Source of the DNA: a virus
Strand: one strand, 5' to 3'
IMG/VR virus record: IMGVR_UViG_3300025195_000002
Length of the DNA stretch: 64,000 bases
In this document: in pieces, positions 1 through 9,150 of the stretch
Layout: each line of letters starts with the position of its first letter
Numbering within the stretch: the first letter of the stretch is position 1
The notes under the pieces: generated by a model
The model's database searches: none
Told to the model about the DNA's origin: nothing
What the model saw: only the letters and a program-made list of their open reading frames with translations
Program-made: the position numbers and the translations under genes

Positions 1-628
1 ACTGGATGTCGTTGATCATGTAAACCACTGCCTCATCAGGACCAAACTTACGATAGGTGTCGTAATGGATACCTGTTTTAGCTAGAATGCTTTCAGACCG
101 GTCTTTAACCAAGGCCCCCCATGAACCTTGTACCTTTAAAGAAAACTTCTTAGACAGGCTTGCATAGGTCATCATAGCAACGCTTTTATCTGCAGGGTAG
201 CGAAAATAATGACTCATCAGAGACGAAAGGAATTTATAATGTAGCATAGATAACAGCGCTACTTGAACTTGTTCTTTTTCACGTGAACTCACCTCGCTTT
301 CTTCAAAACGGTAAAGACACCAGATAATAGAGAGATTCACTAAATCACTACTGACCCTAAAGTTAGTGTCGATGGTATCTAGGGAGTAGACATCTGCCTT
401 TAACGCTAACTCATCTATTTGTAATACCTCATCAAACCAGGTAATTTTATCATCATTAGTATAACGGATAGGATATACACCAATTAGCGCATCTCCAAAA
501 AAGTTAATAGAATCATCGTTTTTAGTTACAAATCCGTTCACATAACTGATGATGCGTCTAACGAGACCTCTATTAAAACTGACATCCTGGCCTATGTCAT
601 TAAAAACGGATTTAAGTGTACTAGCCAT
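1..628 (-). CDS. Conserved phiKZ-like protein, probably virion structural (gp32-like); 3' end runs off the window
   Basis: Translated by hand from the ATG at 628: MASTLKSVFNDIGQDVSFNRGLVRRIISYVNGFVTKNDDSINFFGDALIGVYPIRY..., open to base 1. Absent from the ORF track because it is truncated. gp32 assignment from recalled similarity and synteny. Confidence 0.7.
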   Translation of the reverse strand, partial: MASTLKSVFNDIGQDVSFNRGLVRRIISYVNGFVTKNDDSINFFGDALIGVYPIRYTNDDKITWFDEVLQIDELALKADVYSLDTIDTNFRVSSDLVNLSIIWCLYRFEESEVSSREKEQVQVALLSMLHYKFLSSLMSHYFRYPADKSVAMMTYASLSKKFSLKVQGSWGALVKDRSESILAKTGIHYDTYRKFGPDEAVVYMINDIQ

Positions 629-659
629 GTAGATATCCTTGTATAAATAAATTAGTGTA

Positions 660-665
660 GTCATA
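660..665 (-). promoter_or_regulatory. Candidate late (nvRNAP) promoter TATGAC
   Basis: TATG-type motif (phiKZ late promoter consensus) about 32 nt upstream of the 628 start, in AT-rich context. Short motif, weak on its own. Confidence 0.35.
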
Positions 666-741
666 AAAATACACCTCTAACGTATATCTATAGGGCAATA
701 TACAGATTGCTTTTTTCTAGGAACTTTACACAGGATGAACT

Positions 742-1068
742 ATGGCTGACCCGATAGAACGTATAATAAAAACTTTGAGAATAATTGAAAAACAAAGTGC
801 CTTTATAGAACAAGAAGACATCACTGTTCAGATATTGAATAAGATTGATAGCAAGTTTCATGACCACGTTGTGGCTAGTGAGATGGGTAACGATACCATT
901 ACCGGCAATAACAACCGTGATAGAATAAAAGAAGCCGGTTGGGAGATCGTTGAGAACTGTATCATCACCTCGAAGGGAGCGGTCAATATTAAGTGGTTAA
1001 GTAGTAAAAACCGTAAAGAAATCAAGAAGTTATTGAAAAATAATGTGGATGATTTTAGTGTCATTTAG
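742..1068 (+). CDS. Hypothetical protein (108 aa)
   Basis: ORF with RBS-like AGGATGA upstream; followed by a terminator. Confidence 0.6.
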   Translation: MADPIERIIKTLRIIEKQSAFIEQEDITVQILNKIDSKFHDHVVASEMGNDTITGNNNRDRIKEAGWEIVENCIITSKGAVNIKWLSSKNRKEIKKLLKNNVDDFSVI

Positions 1069-1096
1069 TTGTCATTTCTGACAAATACTATACCCC

Positions 1097-1125
1097 GGGG
1101 GGTCAAACCCCCCACGTAGTTTTTT
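1097..1125 (+). terminator. Intrinsic terminator
   Basis: GGGGGG-TCAAA-CCCCCC hairpin followed by a T-run. Confidence 0.55.
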
Positions 1126-1141
1126 GAGATGGAGAGGACGC

Positions 1142-1684
1142 ATGACAACGATAGTCTGGGATGGACAGCAGCTGGCTAGTGATAGTCGGATGACTGTTAA
1201 CTGGAATGTAATATCACAAGAGCCCTTTACTAAATTGCATGTATTAAAGGGGGTTTTTATTAATCCAGAGACTAAGGAAGAGGATACCTTAGTAGGAATG
1301 GGGTTTTCTGGCGATGCCAGACAGGGAATGCCGTTTCGTGATTGGCTAGTTGCCGGTGCTAAGAAGGAAGAATTCACAGATGCTCTTAGCGAGTGCTGTG
1401 TAATTGTTGTATGCCGTAATTCAGTGTGGCAATTCTCTAATGGTCCTGACCCGCTACCTGTCAGGAATACTGCCGCTATTGGTTCAGGTTCTGATTTTGC
1501 CACCTCGGCGTTATCGTTAGGTAAAACAGCGCCAGAGGCTGTGGTTCACGCCATAAAGCACGATACCTTTAGTGGTGGGCCGGTACTATGTCTTTCTTTT
1601 AATGAGTCCGGTGAGCCTCTTCTGAGCCATTATAAAGACCAGGAACATATCTCGTTAGAAGCAAACGTATCACTTGCCTGGTAA
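1142..1684 (+). CDS. Ntn-hydrolase, proteasome beta-subunit/HslV-like peptidase
   Basis: ATG at 1142 after GGAGAGGA gives M-TTIVWDG..ASDSRMT, GFSGD, AIGSGSDFA..AL and AIKHDTFSGG, the N-terminal-Thr protease pattern. Confidence 0.75.
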   Translation: MTTIVWDGQQLASDSRMTVNWNVISQEPFTKLHVLKGVFINPETKEEDTLVGMGFSGDARQGMPFRDWLVAGAKKEEFTDALSECCVIVVCRNSVWQFSNGPDPLPVRNTAAIGSGSDFATSALSLGKTAPEAVVHAIKHDTFSGGPVLCLSFNESGEPLLSHYKDQEHISLEANVSLAW

Positions 1685-1731
1685 TATTGATCCATTATAA
1701 ATAAAACAAAGAACAAACTACGGTAGCCATT

Positions 1732-2334
1732 ATGCAATTATCTTCACTAATTAGTCAAGAAGTCAGAGTATGTCACACCCCTAATTCAGTAGATGTTTTT
1801 CAGGGAGAGGGGTTAAAGATTAAACACCTCATGCACCTTAATAAGGCCGATAGTTATGTCGACCAGGCGATTATGGTATTAGTCTACATAGAAGGGAATA
1901 TAGTCCCTATGTATGTTACTATGTTTAATCATCCATCACACAACGTCTTTGAAGAAAAGTATCAATTTAGTCACCTGGTTGACCATATTAATCAAGGATA
2001 TCAACAATCGCATGACCTGTTGGTGATGCTAACAACAACAGAACCTCTGGCGGTAGCAAGCTGTGATAGCTTATTAAAGATCCGGTCGGGTAATGTTGAT
2101 GTGGCAACGTTCACTAAGAATCCAGTTTCTGAAGAAAGACCTGTAAAGATACCAGGTGTTGATGGTGTATTCTATCTAGCCCAGTTGTTTTTTGATAACT
2201 GTTCTTTAGATAACCACATTCGACAACAGTTCTTAAACACTTTATTAGATATGTTATCTTTTGATAAGAAGAAACATATTGATCATCTTGGCAATAGTTC
2301 CCAACCAATGTCAGGTGTTGTAAGACTACATTGA
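1732..2334 (+). CDS. Hypothetical protein (200 aa)
   Basis: Long ORF co-directional with the Ntn hydrolase; no recognisable motif. Confidence 0.65.
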   Translation: MQLSSLISQEVRVCHTPNSVDVFQGEGLKIKHLMHLNKADSYVDQAIMVLVYIEGNIVPMYVTMFNHPSHNVFEEKYQFSHLVDHINQGYQQSHDLLVMLTTTEPLAVASCDSLLKIRSGNVDVATFTKNPVSEERPVKIPGVDGVFYLAQLFFDNCSLDNHIRQQFLNTLLDMLSFDKKKHIDHLGNSSQPMSGVVRLH

Positions 2335-2375
2335 CAGCATAAACAGGTGCAGTCTAATAGACTGCACCTATGCCG
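2335..2375. terminator. Bidirectional hairpin element CAGCATA-hairpin-TATGCCG
   Basis: 10-bp stem AGGTGCAGTC/GACTGCACCT between convergent genes, flanked by inverted GCATA/TATGC arms. Confidence 0.7.
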
Positions 2376-2443
2376 TTATTGTCAGGAGCCGTGCACCTTA
2401 TACACCAGATGATGTCAATTTAATGTGACGATAAAAACTTTCC

Positions 2444-3406
2444 TTATCTTATCAGTGATTTAATCTTACAGCTATCCGTGTCAATATCATTTCTATCTAA
2501 ATACTCTAAACCTTCGCAGATATTGTTAAAGATTATTAAAACCCCATTCTCTAATTCAATAACAACGTCATCGGTTATTTTGAAGTTACCGGTAAAACGA
2601 TCCCAGGATGAATTATCATCAGAATACTTTATTAGGTATTTTAATAAATATATTCTCTTTAGATCAATTGCCCTTCTTAGACTAGATTCTTTATTGTTGA
2701 AGAATTGTACAGTATCGTTATATGTTTTAAATATTCTATATTTCCCTTCTTTAACATCTAAACATACAACAGGGGTGGTGTGTTTTCTTGCTTGGATGGG
2801 TTTATTTAACGCTTCTTCTAGAGACATACCTGTCGAGAGACGATAGTTTAAAGCGGGTAAGCTGATGTTAAACTTTTCGCATAGCTCTACATAAGTAGTT
2901 TCTACCCCAAGGTAGGTGACTGTTCTTGTAGTTCTTCTATTTAAAGCCTGCTCTTTACGACTGGCCCATTTACAATTATCTGGGCTGTAGTCTTTATCGT
3001 TATCCTTACGATCTAGCGTATAGCCCTTTGGACACTCACCCATATCCTCTAAGAAGTTTTCAAAACTATCAAGCCACCGCTTACACACTTTTATCCCACG
3101 CCCTCCGTAATTGTAATAGTCAATATTTTTAGGATTATAACACCGGCCCTTCATAGCGTGGTAATATTTATATTCCTTTTTTGCCGACATCCCGTGGACC
3201 TGGCTGGTATGTCTTACCTTTTCCTTTTGATAACATCCACAACTTGTTGATTTGTCGGATAGTAGACTCCCTGCATTAACTTTCTTTACAGAACCGCAAT
3301 CACACACACAACTCCATCTTATCTGACCGAAGCGATTATTATCAGCTCTACTTTCAACTAGCCATCGACCAAATCTCTTACCCTTTAGATCTATATACGC
3401 GCCCAT
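2444..3406 (-). CDS. Free-standing HNH-family homing endonuclease
   Basis: N-terminal DLKGKRFGRWLV..CVCDCG..SCGC; core RCYNPKNIDYYNYGGRGIKVCKRW..TLDRKDNDKDYSPDNCKWA; C-terminal HTH/NUMOD-like segments; AT-rich. Confidence 0.85.
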   Translation of the reverse strand: MGAYIDLKGKRFGRWLVESRADNNRFGQIRWSCVCDCGSVKKVNAGSLLSDKSTSCGCYQKEKVRHTSQVHGMSAKKEYKYYHAMKGRCYNPKNIDYYNYGGRGIKVCKRWLDSFENFLEDMGECPKGYTLDRKDNDKDYSPDNCKWASRKEQALNRRTTRTVTYLGVETTYVELCEKFNISLPALNYRLSTGMSLEEALNKPIQARKHTTPVVCLDVKEGKYRIFKTYNDTVQFFNNKESSLRRAIDLKRIYLLKYLIKYSDDNSSWDRFTGNFKITDDVVIELENGVLIIFNNICEGLEYLDRNDIDTDSCKIKSLIR

Positions 3407-3433
3407 TAGTAATACTCTTTAATTAAAAATAAA

Positions 3434-3439
3434 GTCATA
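3434..3439 (-). promoter_or_regulatory. Candidate late promoter TATGAC for the HNH gene
   Basis: TATG motif about 28 nt upstream of the 3406 start, just downstream of the upstream gene's terminator. Confidence 0.35.
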
Positions 3440-3459
3440 GTATTTCATAGATAACGTAT

Positions 3460-3484
3460 AAAAAGTAGGTCCGAAGACCTACTT
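3460..3484 (-). terminator. Intrinsic terminator with cUUCGg loop
   Basis: On the minus strand: AAGTAGGT-CTTCGG-ACCTACTT followed by T residues, directly after the 3488 stop. Confidence 0.75.
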
Positions 3485-3487
3485 AGT

Positions 3488-4273
3488 TTAAACTCCTGAC
3501 GATGTCAGTTTGATATGTCTGTAATAAGACTCTTTATCATCGCAGAACGCAATCTTTTTCCAACGTGTAGTTAGGTATTCCTGATATAACTCTTCCGAGT
3601 CTGCAAAACCTTCTACTATATCACGATAGACACCCAGGCTCTGTCCACCATGCAATCTAGCGGTATCGATACTAATCATTGATTGATTATAGATATAGCT
3701 CTTTACGGCGTACTCTACTAACTTGGTAAAAGCTGGGATAGTACGCGGGTTTAAGTTCTGCATTTCAGGATCATTGCTGACAATACAACGTAACGATGCA
3801 TTGCTACTAAGTATACTTTCAGATTCTACATGAATAGTATTCTCTTCAATCAAAGAAACCGAAGAAGTACTATTAATTTCATAACCGTTAGCTGCATCCA
3901 ATACATTCAAAGATTCACGTATCAACGATGAGGTTGTCTGATAGGTACTTGTTGCTTCGTTTTCATTAAAGCCAATACTCATCACCGATATGATACTTCT
4001 TCCCATTGTTGCTGTTTTAGGGATAACATAGATTTGATGACTTCCATCATCATACATCTTTTTAGCGGTACTCAGAGATATCTCAACCTGAATACCTCCT
4101 ACTAAATTACAGTCAACCAATACCCGTGGTTTTACCACTTTTGCTAATATCTGAGATTCAACCGATACTGGGTAATTAATTACATTGTATCGCTTATCTA
4201 TGAAGACTTGGCGCAGTACCTCCATGGGGATCTTAAACGTTATATCCTGTATAGCTTTTTGAATAGGGTTCAT
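3488..4273 (-). CDS. Conserved phiKZ-like protein (possibly virion-associated), divergent from PhuZ
   Basis: 261-aa ORF MNPIQKAIQDITFKIP...; position divergent from the tubulin as recalled for phiKZ-like phages. Confidence 0.7.
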   Translation of the reverse strand: MNPIQKAIQDITFKIPMEVLRQVFIDKRYNVINYPVSVESQILAKVVKPRVLVDCNLVGGIQVEISLSTAKKMYDDGSHQIYVIPKTATMGRSIISVMSIGFNENEATSTYQTTSSLIRESLNVLDAANGYEINSTSSVSLIEENTIHVESESILSSNASLRCIVSNDPEMQNLNPRTIPAFTKLVEYAVKSYIYNQSMISIDTARLHGGQSLGVYRDIVEGFADSEELYQEYLTTRWKKIAFCDDKESYYRHIKLTSSGV

Positions 4274-4354
4274 GGGTATACACTCATAGTCAGGTTACAA
4301 TTTATTTATTCACTTCATACTTTATCGAACAATCTAGGAATAAGAGGCGATTTA

Positions 4355-5320
4355 ATGAGTAAACATACCTTAAGAATCTACGCAGCAGGCGGCTGTGCAG
4401 CCAACTTAGCGACTCCCTTTGTTGGTCTTGAATCATCAGATATCTACGCCGACATTAATCCTGTTTTCGTAGACACCAGCATGTCAAACATTGAAGACCC
4501 TATCATAGAGGATATGTGTTACATTCTCCCTGATGTGGATGGTTCAGGTAAAGTGCGCCGCGAGAACCACCAGCGTATTGCTGATTCAATCAAAGATATC
4601 ATCTCTATCCATCCTCCAGGTGATTTCAACATCGTAATGTTTTCAGCTGCCGGCGGTTCAGGTTCAGTGGCTGGCCCGCTTATTGCTCGCCAGCTGTTAA
4701 ATAGCGAAGTACCGTTCATTTGTATTGTGGTAGGTTCTACAGATTCAGCAATTACGTGTACTAATACGTTGAATACGCTGAAGTCTCTGGACAACATTTC
4801 CAAGACAGCTGATTTACCAATCACGTTGTTCTACGAAGAAAACAGCGGCAACGTTAAGCGTTCAGAAATCGATAAACGTGTTCGTGCAGCCATTGGTGCT
4901 ATTAGCGCCCTGGTGTCTGGTAACAACAAAGAGTTGGATACTAAAGATGTATCAACTTGGATTTACTACAACCGTGCTTCAAAAGTAGCGCCGCAGCTAA
5001 GTCAGTTGGCTATCATGCACGACAACACTACAGTAGAGGGGGTTAACGAACCTATCTCTATTGCATCATTGCTGGCTGATCCAGATACCGCCATGCCTGA
5101 AGCAGCCCCGGACTATCAGTGCATTGGCTATCACCGTGACGAGTCTGGCGAGATTCCTGATATGCATTTGGTTATCTCAACGACTGGTGTTTCGCGTATC
5201 TACGAAGGTATCTCAAAAGCTTTCGGTACTTATGAGAAAGCAACCTCTAAGCGTTCATTGGATCGTAAAACGTTCATCGGCGATAACGATGAAACCACTA
5301 ATGACGACATGGTACTCTAA
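4355..5320 (+). CDS. phuZ: Phage tubulin PhuZ
   Basis: True start ATG 4355 after GAGG (MSKHTLRIYAAGGCAAN); tubulin signature SAAGGSGS; short C-terminal tail ending DDMVL. Confidence 0.93.
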   Translation: MSKHTLRIYAAGGCAANLATPFVGLESSDIYADINPVFVDTSMSNIEDPIIEDMCYILPDVDGSGKVRRENHQRIADSIKDIISIHPPGDFNIVMFSAAGGSGSVAGPLIARQLLNSEVPFICIVVGSTDSAITCTNTLNTLKSLDNISKTADLPITLFYEENSGNVKRSEIDKRVRAAIGAISALVSGNNKELDTKDVSTWIYYNRASKVAPQLSQLAIMHDNTTVEGVNEPISIASLLADPDTAMPEAAPDYQCIGYHRDESGEIPDMHLVISTTGVSRIYEGISKAFGTYEKATSKRSLDRKTFIGDNDETTNDDMVL

Positions 5321-5335
5321 GTACCCATCCAGCAT

Positions 5336-5372
5336 GCATACCGCCTCCCTAGCTAGGGAGGCGTCTATGCCG
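5336..5372 (+). terminator. Hairpin + TATGCCG element after phuZ
   Basis: GCATA, perfect palindrome CGCCTCCCTAG/CTAGGGAGGCG, then TATGCCG at 5366-5372. Confidence 0.7.
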
Positions 5373-5387
5373 GTTAGGAGTAATTTT

Positions 5388-5401
5388 GACACCTACATTA
5401 C
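5388..5401 (+). promoter_or_regulatory. Early (virion RNAP) promoter-like motif GACACCTACATTAC
   Basis: Recurrent motif whose 3' part matches the phiKZ early consensus TATATTAC; upstream of the small-ORF array. Confidence 0.65.
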
Positions 5402-5440
5402 TACAATAGATATCCCTAACAATCTATAAGAGGTAGCGAA

Positions 5441-5788
5441 ATGCAGACTTCAAAATACTACCTGTTTGATGTGAAAACAGCACACGATATAGCACGACCT
5501 TTTATCGATGACCTCAAACATCATCTTGTAGGTCACCCCACTATAAACATTGATGAGGTATTAAATCAATGGTTTATTGAAAGACTTGCTCTCATGGGTG
5601 TTCTACACCATGATCCATCTATTGAGGCTAAGATGCCACTTGGTGTTATTATCTTTCTAAATAGTTTACCTGAAGTAATTAAAGGTTCGGTTGACTCTCA
5701 TCTATATCGTTCGGTGAGTAACATGTGGCATCCTGATAGCTCCGTTAAATCTTTTATTAAAGACCATACGTTAGTTATCAATGCCTAA
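5441..5788 (+). CDS. Small ORF array member 1 (hypothetical)
   Basis: 115 aa; GAGG RBS; N-terminal YYLFDV strand and C-terminal HTLVINA strand. Confidence 0.75.
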   Translation: MQTSKYYLFDVKTAHDIARPFIDDLKHHLVGHPTINIDEVLNQWFIERLALMGVLHHDPSIEAKMPLGVIIFLNSLPEVIKGSVDSHLYRSVSNMWHPDSSVKSFIKDHTLVINA

Positions 5789-5809
5789 AGAAAAAAAGGA
5801 CACAGCCAT

Positions 5810-6409
5810 ATGGCTTTAAAAATAATACTCCCTTTAAATGAATTCATGGAGAATATGGTTCTTCGCTCATCTCTGTTCTTCTACAAACATAACAGAGAGA
5901 ACCCCCTAACTAGAGTACATGCGTCAACAATAGTCCATCAAATTGTTGACGACCTATTAAGCCACTTCTTGTCATGGGCTCCCGGTACTGATTTGGTATC
6001 AGATATACTTAATGAGTATTATCCATGGATGACGACCCATCCTGTTTTCGGCGCTCGATTCTATCATGACTGTATTGATCCAATCGATGCCCGGTTGTCT
6101 GAAATTATTGAAAAATATGTTCCAAGAAACACTACCGATGTTTGGACTATTGTTAGATACGGGGATGATGTAGTTCTAGAGAATTTGGGTAGCAGTGCTA
6201 ACACAGGTCTGTTCAATATACAAGAACGTCTCCATGAACTGTTAATGGAGCAGTATAAAGATCACGAACAGAATCTTCCTAGTCATAGAGCCAATGCCAC
6301 TACCCGCGATGATCTAAAGGTGCAGTTAGATGCTAGATACGGCGAGTTAACCCATGACGTGTTAAGGCTTATCGTTGATAAAAATCTTAATTTAACAGGG
6401 TTAGATTAA
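5810..6409 (+). CDS. Small ORF array member 2 (hypothetical, C-terminally extended)
   Basis: 199 aa; AAGGA RBS; IILPL ... DDVVLENL. Confidence 0.75.
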   Translation: MALKIILPLNEFMENMVLRSSLFFYKHNRENPLTRVHASTIVHQIVDDLLSHFLSWAPGTDLVSDILNEYYPWMTTHPVFGARFYHDCIDPIDARLSEIIEKYVPRNTTDVWTIVRYGDDVVLENLGSSANTGLFNIQERLHELLMEQYKDHEQNLPSHRANATTRDDLKVQLDARYGELTHDVLRLIVDKNLNLTGLD

Positions 6410-6858
6410 TGAAACCAATATCTATTATTGTTAATTTTGATGCCGTACATTCACTGTTCTTTAACTACTTAGAGCCAGTCTTAGGGGGGAGTTATCTCCT
6501 CTGCTTAGATTACACTAGGTTATTAGATTACGAGTTAGAAGTATTTCTTCTAGGTGAACAGTATCGTGACATGGTAGGTGAAGATATAACAGATGTTTGG
6601 CTAGAAGAACTCTGTCCAATGGTTGATTTAAGAGAATCACTCAAACGAGATATTCGCCGAACTATCTTTAATACAGTCACGAAGGTGTTAGGTGGGGATA
6701 AGATACCTACACACCACTATGAATATCAACGCCTTAATGATCCTTTGGACTATGTGATAATAGACAATGGTGATTATAGGGAACGTGAACTTCGTCTCCT
6801 ACGTGAACAAAATGCGGCATTGGAGGAGAGACTACGTGCTCTAGAGGAGGGTGAATGA
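6409..6858 (+). CDS. Small ORF array member 3 (hypothetical)
   Basis: 149 aa; TAATG coupling to member 2; IIVNFD ... DYVIIDN plus a coiled-coil tail. Confidence 0.75.
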   Translation: MKPISIIVNFDAVHSLFFNYLEPVLGGSYLLCLDYTRLLDYELEVFLLGEQYRDMVGEDITDVWLEELCPMVDLRESLKRDIRRTIFNTVTKVLGGDKIPTHHYEYQRLNDPLDYVIIDNGDYRERELRLLREQNAALEERLRALEEGE

Positions 6859-7235
6859 AACCACGGTATCTTATTCTGGATGTGAGTTATGTTAGAAGTG
6901 TAGCAAACCATTCAAATGGATCACTTTCGCTTTACCGAATGACGTTTAGTGAGCTGATACGTGTGTTGATAGAGTCTTTAACAGACACCAATGCACAATA
7001 CCAGCTGGGTGATGAGGGTAGTGACTATGGGTTATTATATCGCGGACTATATAACTATAATAGTCAGAATAGAAAAGAGTTTACGATGGAAGATATCCAC
7101 GACGTTTGTAAGATAGGCTTAAACGTTTATAAGTATATCTACCCCACGATTCTCAATCATTTCTCACGCTATCCGTTTACAAAGCTAGTAGTAAATGAAT
7201 GTATAGGAGATGATGTGTATGTCGACTGTTACTAG
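6855..7235 (+). CDS. Small ORF array member 4 (hypothetical)
   Basis: 126 aa; ATGA overlap; YLILDV ... DDVYVDCY. Confidence 0.75.
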   Translation: MKPRYLILDVSYVRSVANHSNGSLSLYRMTFSELIRVLIESLTDTNAQYQLGDEGSDYGLLYRGLYNYNSQNRKEFTMEDIHDVCKIGLNVYKYIYPTILNHFSRYPFTKLVVNECIGDDVYVDCY

Positions 7236-7644
7236 AATAGACATACCCACTACCGATCGCTCAGAGGATATGTTTTTTATCGTAGACTCGAGCGATTTTG
7301 CACTGCGTCTGGATCCATCAGACGCAGCTGCATTAGAAACATTTTCATTAAATTATCGTGATATAGTGGTAATAGGTGCTACTGCTTCTATTTACAGTCA
7401 GTACGACGCTATTCCAGTAAAAGATCATGTAGAGGGCGAGCTATATACCCTACTAGATAGCTATAATGAACGAGGCGTTGATGAAGATAACTATAATGCA
7501 TTTATGCATGTCATTCAACTTGCCTTACGCATAGCGTGGCCTATAAGTAATGCGGTCCATAATTTACAGAGGCAATTCCCACATACGGAAATATTTGAAG
7601 TCGATGTATTACCAGATGGCACTATTATGTTTAGATACCAGTAA
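7219..7644 (+). CDS. Small ORF array member 5 (hypothetical)
   Basis: Start 7219 chosen from AGGAG spacing; FFIVDS ... GTIMFRYQ. Confidence 0.72.
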   Translation: MSTVTRIDIPTTDRSEDMFFIVDSSDFALRLDPSDAAALETFSLNYRDIVVIGATASIYSQYDAIPVKDHVEGELYTLLDSYNERGVDEDNYNAFMHVIQLALRIAWPISNAVHNLQRQFPHTEIFEVDVLPDGTIMFRYQ

Positions 7645-8024
7645 TGGAACGATATATGAAACTATTAATCGATCTTCCTTTAGATCGTCCGCCATACCCA
7701 CCTATGGCTACGCTTACACCTAACGACATTATTGAAGCATCGGTCGCATTGTGGATAGATCAATATATTGACGATGATAGATTGGATAGCAATACTGTCG
7801 AACAAGTAGTTGATTATATCAATAGCCGTATGGGGGTGAGTATGGGTAAATGTGAAGTACAGGAACTTATATATTACTATGTTAACGATATTGTTATGGA
7901 AACGTACGAGGCTGTGGAGTGTGTTATGAAACGGATTACTTTACTATCAAGATCCAGACCTCTAGTTACCCTAGTAGCAATAGACTTTCCTACTATTGTA
8001 TTGGAACTATACCAGGATGACTAG
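7644..8024 (+). CDS. Small ORF array member 6 (hypothetical)
   Basis: 126 aa; TAATG coupling; LLIDL ... PTIVLELY. Confidence 0.75.
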   Translation: MERYMKLLIDLPLDRPPYPPMATLTPNDIIEASVALWIDQYIDDDRLDSNTVEQVVDYINSRMGVSMGKCEVQELIYYYVNDIVMETYEAVECVMKRITLLSRSRPLVTLVAIDFPTIVLELYQDD

Positions 8025-8364
8025 TAACATACTACTTATGGACTGTAGTAATTTACAGTCCATTTATGACGTTATGATTGCAATATGGCGCTATGAAACT
8101 AAAGGCCCTGTAGCAATTACTATAGATGCATTGGTTGAACTTGTCCTAGAAGAGTATAAGAAAGATAATACATTATCAGACGATTCAGTTGCTAGATTTT
8201 TAGAAGAAGAATATGGTTTACCTATGATAACTGACGGCTTGATGCGTTACTTTGCTACCTTTTGTCGACATGTAAAAATAATACATGAGTCAGTTAAGGG
8301 TATGCGTGGCACCTACCACTATATCTGTTTGAAGAACGATACGATTTATCTGGAGTTAGAGTGA
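8017..8364 (+). CDS. Small ORF array member 7 (hypothetical)
   Basis: Likely ATG 8017, overlapping the previous stop; ILLMDC ... DTIYLELE. Confidence 0.72.
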   Translation: MTSNILLMDCSNLQSIYDVMIAIWRYETKGPVAITIDALVELVLEEYKKDNTLSDDSVARFLEEEYGLPMITDGLMRYFATFCRHVKIIHESVKGMRGTYHYICLKNDTIYLELE

Positions 8365-8760
8365 ATGAATAAATTAAAATTAGCAGGGGCTTACGGTAGC
8401 CATAGTCCTATAGAACCTAATGTCTATATTGTAGAGACTGGTGGGGCCGTTAAAGCATTGTATCAGTCAATTTCTAAAGAAGATACTGTGATAGAAGATT
8501 ACCAATCTCTAATTGCCATGGCTGTCAATGCGGCATCTCTTTCAGTTAATGACTTAGAAAACCAAAGACACAATACGATAGATGACTACCTACAAACGTT
8601 AGGATTAAGCGTGAGAGAACGCGAGAACTATATTGCTCATCTAGACGTGTTCATCCAAGAACTTATAAGAAAATTCCACATGATTGGCCTTAGGGATATT
8701 GGTCATGTACAGTTTTCGGGTTTAGATGGCATGGATATTATCGTGAAAGTATTCAAATAA
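8365..8760 (+). CDS. Small ORF array member 8 (hypothetical)
   Basis: 131 aa; abuts the previous stop; VYIVET ... MDIIVKVF. Confidence 0.75.
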   Translation: MNKLKLAGAYGSHSPIEPNVYIVETGGAVKALYQSISKEDTVIEDYQSLIAMAVNAASLSVNDLENQRHNTIDDYLQTLGLSVRERENYIAHLDVFIQELIRKFHMIGLRDIGHVQFSGLDGMDIIVKVFK

Positions 8761-8808
8761 CAATAACACACTGACCCTATGTAGTTAGTATAGAAAGGAG
8801 ACAGCCAG

Positions 8809-9150
8809 GTGCTTAAACTTATGATCATTGACCTGGATAACCTAACCGATGTTATATGTCAATATAACGCATTGGTCAACCCGGACACCCCTAAAATAGA
8901 CAGTTCAACACTACGCCGTCTCAATGCTGAGCTAGACGATTTTATCAACGGTGATCAAGACTTGGATATAGAGACCCATAAACAAGTCACCCAGATAGTT
9001 GATAGGATTGGAATGTTTCTATCACGCTACAATATAAACGTAGACGATTTTCGTACATTGGAACTCGTTGATGATAACGGTACAGTATTAATATATTTTG
9101 GAGATTATACCCATGCAGATCTATCCCAGCAAAGACATTGCCTTACGTGA
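8809..9150 (+). CDS. Small ORF array member 9 (hypothetical)
   Basis: GTG start after AAGGAG; LMIIDL ... GTVLIYFG. Confidence 0.72.
   Translation: MLKLMIIDLDNLTDVICQYNALVNPDTPKIDSSTLRRLNAELDDFINGDQDLDIETHKQVTQIVDRIGMFLSRYNINVDDFRTLELVDDNGTVLIYFGDYTHADLSQQRHCLT

Noticed and set aside
4208-4354. 49-aa N-terminal extension on PhuZ from the ORF track
   Set aside because: It overlaps the divergent gene. The RBS and tubulin N-terminus support ATG 4355.
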